The notes beneath the pieces were generated by a model, which saw only the letters and a list, made by a program, of their open reading frames with translations, was not told the DNA's origin and searched no databases. A stretch of 32,000 bases of DNA from Escherichia coli O157:H7 (GTDB lineage Bacteria > Pseudomonadota > Gammaproteobacteria > Enterobacterales > Enterobacteriaceae), in assembly GCF_013168055.1 (NCBI RefSeq), contig NZ_CP038402.1; one strand, 5' to 3'. Shown here one piece after another: positions 19,703 through 28,988 of the stretch (its first letter is position 1; every line of letters starts with the position of its first letter). Both the position numbers and the translations under genes were made by a program.

Positions 19703-21522
19703 TTAAACAGGATAAAAACCAGAGCTTCCATTCTTATTTAAGTTATGGATTTTATTTGCATCATTAATTTTTATTTGGAACGTCGGACCTTTATTCTCAA
19801 GAATTACAATCTGGAAATTATAGTCCCTTTTGATTAATGCGTGATAAAATGAATCACTGAGACTGACGCTATTAACATCCGATAGAGAACCCCCTCTATC
19901 TTTATCAAAGTGCGTCACTAATGGACTATCAAGCACAACAAATCCAATGAATGGATTCCCTTTTCTTGATAAAAATTCCGCAAAGCAAATGGTAAATATA
20001 GCATGCATTACTGCACGGGTACCTTTACCAAACATTCCTCGGCGTTTCCCATTGATATTAAAGTCATATGTATCTTCGTCAAATCGCACTTTGTTATCTT
20101 TAGAATTTTCAAAATTTATATCATTCAAAAAGTCTTGCATCGCTATTTCTATATCATACAAATCAGCTACTGTTAAGGAGTCAAAGTCCTCGGCGGAGTA
20201 TTTAAGTTCGTCAACATCATCTTCTTTATCTTGTAATGAAGATAGAATGCTATGTTTTGTGTGATCCATTAAAAGATTGTCTTTATATTCATAAAGTGAT
20301 TCAAGAGATGAATGTATTGTTTTATATTTTTATCTTCTAACGTCTTAAAATCACTTTTTTCTGATTGATAAATTTCATTAACATCATTTTTTCTTAACAT
20401 AATTAATTCATGTTCGCGAACATTAGATCCGATTGATTCAATTAATCCTTTCAGCTGGCTTTTGATTTTCAATTTTTCTGCATTACACGACAAAAAACAA
20501 TCATCATATGATATTTCATTTTCTTTTTTTTGCGGTGTATTACAGAACTCACAATAAATATCTGCAAAATTATTTAAATAGAAATTCGCCTGTGATACAA
20601 CATCTATTCTTTGTAGATCTATAAAGTATTGGTCTTTAAGAAGACTAAATCTTTCAATGAGTAATGATAAGTATTTTTCCCTGTCACTGATTGAATATAA
20701 TTCATCACTTAACTCTTTTAATAATTGCTTCTTATCATCAAGTGCATCAACAATACCTTTCAATATATCTTTCGATGATTCAATATCTTGCTCTACTTTC
20801 TCAAGTTCTCTTGAAACAATGACTTGATCATATTCAGGATAAATTAATTGCGCTTTCAATTCCTCATAAATATTTGCAATTTGATTTTTTTAAAAATATC
20901 TTGCTTTTTTATTTGGTTTTTCTGCTAAGGAGTTAGTATCATCTCTCTGAGTTAAAAGGAATTTAAATTCAGACTTTCTTTTTGTCTCCTCGCTAGGAAT
21001 ATCAGAAAGAATTAACGACTTCTCAGTTAACACTCTTAATTCATCAATACAAAAAAATTCAAAAACATTATTAAGATTAAATTTATGAAGAGTATTACTT
21101 AAGTTTGTTCTTACTTTAGCCTCTTTGAAATTCAACCTACCATAAAAGTATGATGAAAAACTCTTTTTAGACGAAGCACTTTTGGAAAAAACCATCAACA
21201 GATTAGCTTCACTAACATTTTCAATGCTCGAATCATATAATCTGTAATGGGCGCTATCCTGAAGAGACCTCTCAATTGTCATTACCCTACCTTGAAAATT
21301 AAATTCCAGATAGGCTAAATCATAACCTTGAGCATGATCGATATCTTTATTTTTTAGTTTTTCACTCCCTAATAAATATCGAATCAAATAATATATGTAT
21401 GTTTTTCCAGAGTCAGAACCACCATATAAAATAGTCAATTTAGAACCAAATTCAATTATAGCATCTAATTTATTGAATCCGGTTACCTTTATTTTTCTGA
21501 ACGTAAAAAAATTGTCATTCAT
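19703..21522 (-). pseudogene. ABC-3C SMC/RecF-like ATPase, interrupted (ORFs 20890-21549, 20269-20859, 19703-20269)
   Basis: N-terminal TILYGGSDSGKTYIYYLI (Walker A), middle coiled-coil-like region, C-terminal GFVVLDSPLVTHFDKD (Walker B-like). Pieces are separated by an in-frame TAA (20890-20892) and one frame change near 20320-20323. Confidence 0.72.
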
Positions 21523-21973
21523 AATTAAATTCCATATCATATTTGCCAATTTTATTTTTTATAATTGATTGCAACTGCTCATCAGGAATATCACTATATA
21601 ACTTAACCACCAAATTTATATTATGCTCCATCTGCGCAACATATTCATTATGTAGAGAATTTGTAAATGCATATGTTTTTTCAGAAGCTTTATATACAAA
21701 ACCACGATGTGTATAAATTTTTGAGGCTAGTTCATAGCCTTGCAACAAAGCCAATGATTCTAAAACAATCTCTCGTTTTAGGGCTAACTGAGCATCTCTA
21801 CGGGGTATTGGAGGATGAAGACTAATCTCTTCAGGTAAAAAATCCTTAAGATTTACTAAAATAAAATCAAAACAAATAAGCCGTTCAAGGCTTAATGAAG
21901 AAGGATAAATAGCGACGAGCACTTTCGCCATTCGACATGCCACTTCTAAACTTGAATTATAAATTCTAACCAT
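21515..21973 (-). CDS. ABC-3C middle component (MC2-like), start likely ATG at 21973
   Basis: MVRIYNSSLEVACRMAKVLVAIYPSSLSLERLICFDFILVNLKDF...SLHPPIPRRDAQLALKREIVLESLALL. Start overlaps the upstream stop in TAATG. Confidence 0.68.
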   Translation of the reverse strand: MVRIYNSSLEVACRMAKVLVAIYPSSLSLERLICFDFILVNLKDFLPEEISLHPPIPRRDAQLALKREIVLESLALLQGYELASKIYTHRGFVYKASEKTYAFTNSLHNEYVAQMEHNINLVVKLYSDIPDEQLQSIIKNKIGKYDMEFNYE

Positions 21974-22590
21974 TATCTCACCGTCCAAATTACTTCACCA
22001 TCATTAACCAAATGATGGCATATTCCTTTTTTATCATTTGCTTCACATATTTTTGATAGTACTGAATGTGCAATTGGTGTCAGAACAGCCTGCTTCAAGA
22101 CTGCATTACACCTAATAAATGCATAATTATGGTCTTCATAAAAGACGGGTTCAATTGAAGATGAAATGTAACATTTCAATGCTTTGAATACATCATCTTT
22201 AAATACTTCGCGGACAAAAACCTCAAGCGAAGATGCAAAATAAAAATCATTTCTACTATTATTAAAGTGTCGTCTGTATGGATCATCAAGCTCTAAGAAA
22301 GAACTATAAGTTTTATTTCCATGCTCTGAATAGGCTTGAAGCAGTGCATTAACATATACAGACTCTTTTTTTGAATTGTATGTTGGAATTTCATTTGGAG
22401 GGATTCTCACGACATACAGCTCGTTAAAGTACTTAAAATAAAGGTGTGTATTTGCAATATCATTTAAAATCAATGATAAGGGTAGAGAGTAAAAAATACT
22501 AAAATCAAAATCCTCAATATATTTTTTTATTTCATCATCTAATGGAATATCAATCTTTTTAGTTATTTTTTTGAAATTGCTGAATCCCAT
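21973..22590 (-). CDS. C-terminal part of the ABC-3C nuclease effector (-1 frame relative to the N-terminal part)
   Basis: Open frame begins within 28 nt of overlap with the nuclease ORF. A -1 shift at A_AAA_AAA yields ...DSAISKK-ITKKIDIPLDDE..., a 335-aa fusion. Confidence 0.65.
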   Translation of the reverse strand: MGFSNFKKITKKIDIPLDDEIKKYIEDFDFSIFYSLPLSLILNDIANTHLYFKYFNELYVVRIPPNEIPTYNSKKESVYVNALLQAYSEHGNKTYSSFLELDDPYRRHFNNSRNDFYFASSLEVFVREVFKDDVFKALKCYISSSIEPVFYEDHNYAFIRCNAVLKQAVLTPIAHSVLSKICEANDKKGICHHLVNDGEVIWTVR

Positions 22591-22979
22591 GAATCAAGGA
22601 CTGCTTTTTTAAGCTCGTTTTTATTTTTCAATAAATTAGAAAATGTAGTAGATAAATCATAGGGTGCCACAAAAAAGTACTTCTGAGGGATGGGATAATC
22701 ACCATTCAGAGTAAAATAGATAAGTTTTCCAAACTCAACTACAACATCAGAGAACCCTAAACTTTTTTTGTACAGTTTGCATTGATAATTATCCCAAGAA
22801 TAACCTTCTACGTTAGGATCCGATTTATATCCAACAACGTCTCTACCTTTATCTCCAGCTCCTCCCAAACGTTCGCTCCACGGGTAATCATCTGATTTAC
22901 AGACAATAAGCCAATCATGGACAAATACCTCCCATTGTTCATCATCCCATGTCAATATTTCCGAAAGTGGTTGAGACAC
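22563..22979 (-). CDS. Mrr-like PD-(D/E)xK nuclease domain, N-terminal part of the ABC-3C effector
   Basis: WEVFVHDWL...RLGGAGDKGRDVVGY...YQCKLYKK, with a D...QxK catalytic pattern. Confidence 0.75.
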   Translation of the reverse strand: MSQPLSEILTWDDEQWEVFVHDWLIVCKSDDYPWSERLGGAGDKGRDVVGYKSDPNVEGYSWDNYQCKLYKKSLGFSDVVVEFGKLIYFTLNGDYPIPQKYFFVAPYDLSTTFSNLLKNKNELKKAVLDSWDSAISKK

Positions 22980-22982
22980 AAA

Positions 22983-24164
22983 TTAACTCCTTTTTAGTCT
23001 TTCAAATATCAAATTACTGTACCAGTCCATCATAGACTTCCTTCCACTAAAATATTGAGCATGGTTATAAGTCCCCCTAATAGAATTTTTATCTACATGA
23101 GCCAACTGGATTTCAATCCAAGCACTCTCAAAACCTTGCTCATGCAGGATTGTAGAAAGGGTATGACGAAAACCATGTCCAGTGACTTTTCCTCCATACC
23201 CAATACGCTTAATGGCTTGATTTATACTCGCTTCGCTCATTGGCCTATTCGGATCGTTCCGCCCTGGAAAAACATAACGATAGTTCCCTGTCATGATCTT
23301 GAGTTCATTGAGTAAATCTACCGCTTGAGATGATAAGGGCACAAGATGTGGCCTACGCATTTTCATCCTTTCAGCAGGAATTTCCCAAATAGCGTTATCC
23401 AGATCAAATTCTTGCCATAATGCCGCGCGTAATTCGATGGTTCTCACACCCGTAATCATCAGTAATTTCGTGGCTATCTGGACAAGCTTACTCCCGGAGT
23501 AACCCTCTAAGGCACGTAGAAAATCAGGTATCTCATCAGCTTTTAGGAATGGGAAATGATTGGATTGGTGTACTTCGAGAGCGCTGGAGAGATCAGCCGC
23601 AGGATTGTACTCCGCCCTACCCGTTGCAATTGCGTAGCGAAACACTTCGGAGCAACGCTGCCGCACTTTGCGCATTTTCTCCAACGCACCACGTTTCTCA
23701 ATTTTACGCAGAACGTTCAGCAGCTCTAGCGGTTTAATCTCTCCCACAGGCCTTGTTCCGACATAAGGAAAAATGTCGTTCTTAAACGCTTCCATGATGT
23801 CTGATGCATATCCCGCCGACCATTTAGCAGATTTAAGTTGATGCCACTCTCTGGCTATCTTTTCGAAGGCGTTCTCTGACTCTGTTTGCATAGCTAGCTT
23901 TTGCTCTTTTCGAACCTCACTAGGGTTCTTTCCTTCTGCCACAAGTTTTCGAGCTTCATCACGACGGGAACGAGCATCGGCAAGGGTGATCGTTGGGTAA
24001 ACACCAAGCGAGATCATTTTGGGTTTGCCGGCATAGCGATAGCGGAACCGCCAACTCTTGCTTCCATTAGGTTCTATAAGTAATGACAACCCTAGCCCAT
24101 CTCCAAATGTATAGGCTTTAGCTTCAGGCTTAGCGCGGCGAATCTGCATATCGTTTAAAGGCAT
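22983..24164 (-). CDS. P4-type tyrosine integrase (ORF track extends to 24215)
   Basis: MPLNDMQIRRAKPEAKAYTFGDGLGLSLLIEPNGSKSWRFRYRY N-terminus; TGVRTIELR, HGFRHTLSTILHE and GTYNHAQY catalytic motifs. Confidence 0.95.
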   Translation of the reverse strand: MPLNDMQIRRAKPEAKAYTFGDGLGLSLLIEPNGSKSWRFRYRYAGKPKMISLGVYPTITLADARSRRDEARKLVAEGKNPSEVRKEQKLAMQTESENAFEKIAREWHQLKSAKWSAGYASDIMEAFKNDIFPYVGTRPVGEIKPLELLNVLRKIEKRGALEKMRKVRQRCSEVFRYAIATGRAEYNPAADLSSALEVHQSNHFPFLKADEIPDFLRALEGYSGSKLVQIATKLLMITGVRTIELRAALWQEFDLDNAIWEIPAERMKMRRPHLVPLSSQAVDLLNELKIMTGNYRYVFPGRNDPNRPMSEASINQAIKRIGYGGKVTGHGFRHTLSTILHEQGFESAWIEIQLAHVDKNSIRGTYNHAQYFSGRKSMMDWYSNLIFERLKRS

Positions 24165-24240
24165 GTGTATAGGAATCCAGACCGAACAGGAACATATACA
24201 CAATCCTATACACATTCAGTACCGGATTCTACTGGATGGT

Positions 24241-24309
24241 TACGGACTACTATGGACTTAAAAGAATAAAAAATGTTATAAATCAGAGATTTTATGGACT
24301 AATACGGAC
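24241..24309. repeat. Four TAYGGAC repeats in two 10-bp-spaced pairs, candidate integrase/excisionase arm sites
   Basis: TACGGAC 24241, TATGGAC 24251, TATGGAC 24293, TACGGAC 24303, between int and the att core. Confidence 0.5.
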
Positions 24310-24326
24310 GTTTGAGGAAGTTGAGA

Positions 24327-24372
24327 TGGTGCCGATAATAGGAGTCGAACCTACGACCTTCGCATTACGAAT
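24327..24372 (-). repeat. att core: 46-nt 3' fragment of tRNA-Thr (thrW)
   Basis: Reverse complement ATTCGTAATGCGAAGGTCGTAGGTTCGACTCCTATTATCGGCACCA equals the anticodon-to-CCA part of thrW. The 5' half of the tRNA is absent. Confidence 0.9.
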
Positions 24373-24639
24373 TATAAGAATCCGCTTCTAATTCAAAGCA
24401 TTACCCCATCAACACTGCGCTCACACGTCCCACCACATCAAAACATGTAAAGCCTTGCAAGCCATTGCGAGGCCTTATGTGTCTCAGTTTTGTCCCACCT
24501 TGTATTACGACTTGCATAGCCAATGAAGATAAACGTGACGACAAACGGCGCAGCAGTCTTCTTTTCTTTCACGACTTCTCCAGCATGCATACCTTTCTGC
24601 CATGACTGAAGTGAATGCCTGTTATGAGCGAGGATTGGC

Positions 24640-25115
24640 CCAGATGAATCGCCCTGGACTGTTGCGATCGTGAAGCCATAGACTGGGCCGCAAGCACGGG
24701 AGGTTACGATAAAGCGACAGTGCAGGATGTCATGTTAGGAGCGATAGAAAAACGCTTTGGCGATAAAGTACCGGAACAGTCCATCCAGTGGCTGACAGAT
24801 AACGGTTCAGCGTATAGAGCGCATGAAACACGGCAGTTCGCCAGAGAGTTGAATCTGGAGCCCTGCACAACGGCAATCAGCAGTCCTCAGAGTAATGGAA
24901 TTGCAGAAAGGTTCGTGAAAACGATGAAGGAAGACTATATCGCGTTCATGCCGAAACCGAATGTAAGAACGGCATTGCATAATCTTGCAGTGGCGATCGA
25001 ACATTACAATGAAAACCATCCGCACAGTGCGTTGGGTTATCGCTCTCCGCGAGAATATCGACGTCAGCGGGTAACGTTAACTTAAGATACACCCCCTGTC
25101 TGGAAATAAGGGGGC
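24640..25115 (+). mobile_element. 5'-truncated IS3-family (IS2-like) element: transposase C-terminus and terminal inverted repeat
   Basis: [38 protein letters not shown]...[18 protein letters not shown]...[16 protein letters not shown]...[18 protein letters not shown]; end-like GTCTGGAAATAAGGGGGCA. Confidence 0.85.
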
Positions 25116-25126
25116 AAGAACAATGA

Positions 25127-25879
25127 TCAGATTCCCTGGTGAGTAAGAATTTTACTTTCTGAACTCCTCTGAGAGTATTGACTTGGAGAAACACCAAAAT
25201 AACGTCTAAATACATAAGTAAAGTATGAGACACTGGCATAACCACAGACCTTAGCTACTTTACTAATAGGATAACAACGAGTGCTGAGTAAATATTCAGC
25301 CATTTGCATCCTCTCATCAAGTATGATCTTACTGAATGATACCCCCTCTTCTTTCAATTTCCTCTTTAGTAAACTTTCGCTGAGATATAATCTTGATGAT
25401 ATATCCTTAAGACGCCATGGTGCAGATAAATCCGTATGAATAATCGTTTTAACTTTAGCCCCTGTGCTTTTCAAACATCCAAACAGAAATACTCCAAATT
25501 GTTTTTCAGAAGAAAATGCAGAGAGACATGTAAAAGCAATAGACTCATCAAAAATTTCTATGTATTCAGCACAGTGATTAGCCCAACTAATTAATCCTTT
25601 AATTAAACTGAAGTCAGCAAAGTTTATTTTTAAATAAGATGGATATTCCCTACAATCAGAAATATCCCTTAAGTTATTAGCTTTCAAATAGCGACTAATA
25701 AACTCAGCGCCAAAATCCGCCACTATCACTCTTTCAGGATATGTCAGGAAAAAATCTCTAGAGCTAGAGTCGACAAGTACAGATGAACCTCTCTCCAGAA
25801 ACACACTCTCTTTTCCGAAATAAACATCAAAGGACTCCAAAATCAATATAACTGAACATGTAGTTGCCATATCATCCAC
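25127..25879 (-). CDS. AraC-family regulator (virulence-regulator-like architecture)
   Basis: C-terminal double HTH: WRLKDISSRLYLSESLLKRKLKEEGVSFSKIILDERMQMAEYLL...ISKVAKVCGYASVSYFTYVFRRYFGVSPSQY. Confidence 0.88.
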   Translation of the reverse strand: MDDMATTCSVILILESFDVYFGKESVFLERGSSVLVDSSSRDFFLTYPERVIVADFGAEFISRYLKANNLRDISDCREYPSYLKINFADFSLIKGLISWANHCAEYIEIFDESIAFTCLSAFSSEKQFGVFLFGCLKSTGAKVKTIIHTDLSAPWRLKDISSRLYLSESLLKRKLKEEGVSFSKIILDERMQMAEYLLSTRCYPISKVAKVCGYASVSYFTYVFRRYFGVSPSQYSQRSSESKILTHQGI

Positions 25880-26452
25880 CCAATTTAACTGAAACCAGGA
25901 TGAAGTATATGTATATAAAGTTCACTTTGCCAAACTTCAGTATAAAAAACCACTAAAAATAGGGTGTGATAAAAAATACCGTAACAATAAAGCAAAGGAT
26001 TATAAATTCCGTTACAGTTACAAATGATACTCAAGAAACAATTCCTTAGGAAAAACTTATTTACAGCCAATAAGTAAGACACTTATATGATATCAAGTTT
26101 TCATAAAACATAACTAGGCTAAATAGCTGCGCCTAATACCGCTACACTTTTGCCAGCCCATGTTTGCCTCCGGGTATTGACCCCTTCTCTACGCAACTTC
26201 AGTTCCCACCACCAACTTTGCGGCAGCTTTGTAGGATCAATGTCTAAAAGAATAATGGTGACCGATAAGAAAACGACTGAATAACTGCAGATTTTCGCTC
26301 GAAACCTTCCTGTCAGATCCATAGCGAATCAAGTGCTGAATGTCACAGTATCGAACAGAAAACAGTGACGATCTAACCCTTCAAGAATATTCTACGATTG
26401 TTCTGTTTAGGAAAAGCAAGGCGGGAAGTCGGGAGATAAGTCATTGATAAAG

Positions 26453-26517
26453 TGGCGGAGAGAGGGGGATTTGCCCCCCCGGTAGAGTTGCCCCTACTCC
26501 GGTTTTCGAGACCGGTC
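26453..26517 (-). repeat. Partial tRNA-Ser (serU-like) 3' fragment, candidate att remnant
   Basis: TGGCGGAGAGAGGGGGATTTG(cccccc)GGTAGAGTTGCCCCTACTCCGGTTTTCGAGACCGGTCC matches the reverse complement of serU tRNA from CCA through the anticodon loop, except AACCCCC to CCCCCC. The 5' half is missing. Confidence 0.8.
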
Positions 26518-26598
26518 CAATCATCAAACGAAACATAAAATTAATTCACATTATGAGGAAAAGTATCTTTTTTGTACTATGTAAATTCAAAGACTTAG

Positions 26599-27468
<870 letters not shown>

Positions 27469-27528
27469 GTCTTTAAGTGATAAGCATAAACCGCAGCACG
27501 ATCTTCTTGCATACGACGTGCTACGGTT

Positions 27529-28083
27529 TCATTTATCTCCGACCGGAAACTTCTTATACAGTGTCGATATACCAACATCATAGATGATCGCCACCTTTTG
27601 GCGAGGAACGCCTGATGCAATTAATCGCCCGGCCTGCGCCCATTGTTCTGGTGTAAGTTTGGGACGACGTCCACCAATTCGTCCCTGTGCGCGAGCTGCT
27701 TCCAGTCCAGCTTTTGTTCGTTCAACAATCAGTTCACGCTCCATTTCAGCCAGGGCACCCATCACATGAAAGAAAAAGCGCCCCATTGGGGTACTGGTAT
27801 CAATTGAATCCGTCAGACTACGAAAGTTGATGCCTCGTTCGCGCAACTCCTCCACCAGCACGACAAGATGCCGCATACTGCGCCCCAGTCGGTCCAGTTT
27901 CCAGACCACCAGCGTGTCACCTGCCGATAATGTCCTGAGCAGCTTTTTCAGTCCTGGTCTGTCGGACTTTGTACCGCTTATCTTGTCTTCAAAAATCAGC
28001 TCACATCCTGCACACTCCAGCGCATTACGCTGTAATTCCGTATTCTGGTTATTTGTTGATACGCGGACATAGCCAATAAGCAT
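27529..28083 (-). CDS. Serine DNA invertase (Pin/Gin/Hin family)
   Basis: MLIGYVRVSTNNQNTELQRNAL...KLDRLGRSMRHLV...ERTKAGLEAARAQGRIGGRRPKLT; 184 aa from the MLIGYVRV start. Confidence 0.94.
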   Translation of the reverse strand: MLIGYVRVSTNNQNTELQRNALECAGCELIFEDKISGTKSDRPGLKKLLRTLSAGDTLVVWKLDRLGRSMRHLVVLVEELRERGINFRSLTDSIDTSTPMGRFFFHVMGALAEMERELIVERTKAGLEAARAQGRIGGRRPKLTPEQWAQAGRLIASGVPRQKVAIIYDVGISTLYKKFPVGDK

Positions 28084-28138
28084 GAGCATTCCCCTGAGTA
28101 AAAACCGGGGATGATGCCAGTTAGCCATAATCTCTGCA

Positions 28139-28164
28139 TTTTCTTAAACGTTGGTTTGGGAGAA
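28139..28164 (+). repeat. Invertase crossover site 1 (pix/gix/cix-like)
   Basis: TTTTCTTAAACGTTGGTTTGGGAGAA, 26 bp, just upstream of the invertase gene. Confidence 0.8.
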
Positions 28165-28524
28165 GCGGCAAAACGGGATGTGGGGACAGGGGAAAATCAG
28201 ATACCGGACATGGCCTCTTTTGCCAGTGGTGATGGATGGATGAAATTACCCAACGGGAAAATCCTGCAATATGGTCGTGGTGCGGTTACGCCGACATTAT
28301 CGACGCAAACAATGAGAATTACATTCAGCATCCCTTTCTCCAAAAAAGCGGACTGCGCCATGCTTACTCATTCTGGTGATGGCGGTGCGCCTTTAGGCGC
28401 TGGGCGAGGGTTCGTGATGACTGCAGAAGGCCCAACGTTAACCGGCTTTAATTCTGCTTACAGAACGTCATCAACCAGCGACACGGTATCGATGAATTAC
28501 AGTTGGTGGGCTGTTGGTGAGTAA
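28139..28524 (+). CDS. Silent alternative tail-fibre C-terminus (no N-terminus in this orientation)
   Basis: LNVGLGEAAKRDVGTGENQIPDMASFASGDGWMKLPNGKILQYG...NYSWWAVGE begins inside the crossover site. Confidence 0.82.
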
Positions 28525-28535
28525 TTTTATTCAGG

Positions 28536-28988
28536 GTGATTTATATGAATGAATATGTTTATAGCGCAAGGCATAATGCTTTTTTCCCTGTGGATATGAT
28601 TGATAAATATAAATCAGAGGGATGGGATTTATCAGACGCTAAGGAAGTAAATCAAAATATTATCAGTGAGTTTATGGCTGAACCGCCACAAGGAAAAATC
28701 CGTATTGCCGGAGATGATGGGCTGCCTGCGTGGGCAGATATTCCTCCACCCACGCATGAAGAACTTATTGAAATTACTGAATCAGAAAGACAGCTACTAA
28801 TTAACCAGGCCAACGAATACATGAACAGTAAACAATGGCCCGGTAAAGCCGCTATTGGTCGTCTGAAAGGTGAGGAACTGGCGCAATATAATTTGTGGCT
28901 GGATTATCTGGATGCACTGGAGCTGGTTGATACCTCCAGTGCGCCAGATATTGAATGGCCTACGCCTCCGGCAGTTCAGGCCAGATGA
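28536..28988 (+). CDS. Tail fibre assembly protein (silent-orientation partner)
   Basis: Tfa-like C-terminus: WPGKAAIGRLKGEELAQYNLWLDYLDALELVDTSSAPDIEWPTPP. Confidence 0.85.
   Translation: MIYMNEYVYSARHNAFFPVDMIDKYKSEGWDLSDAKEVNQNIISEFMAEPPQGKIRIAGDDGLPAWADIPPPTHEELIEITESERQLLINQANEYMNSKQWPGKAAIGRLKGEELAQYNLWLDYLDALELVDTSSAPDIEWPTPPAVQAR

Noticed and set aside
20269-20332. Programmed -1 frameshift in the ATPase gene
   Set aside because: The local sequence (AAT ATA AAA CAA) has no canonical slippery heptamer. A 1-nt deletion is simpler, so I kept this separate from the effector site.
24395-24530. Repeated GCC/AAGGC words (gccttgcaagccattgcgaggcc) considered as a tRNA or CRISPR-like repeat
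   Set aside because: No spaced repeat array and no cloverleaf. Simple short-word repetition near an att site.
26119-26322. 67-aa ORF and surrounding segment as a gene or IS
   Set aside because: No recognised motif. The surrounding sequence looks like noncoding debris between two tRNA scars.
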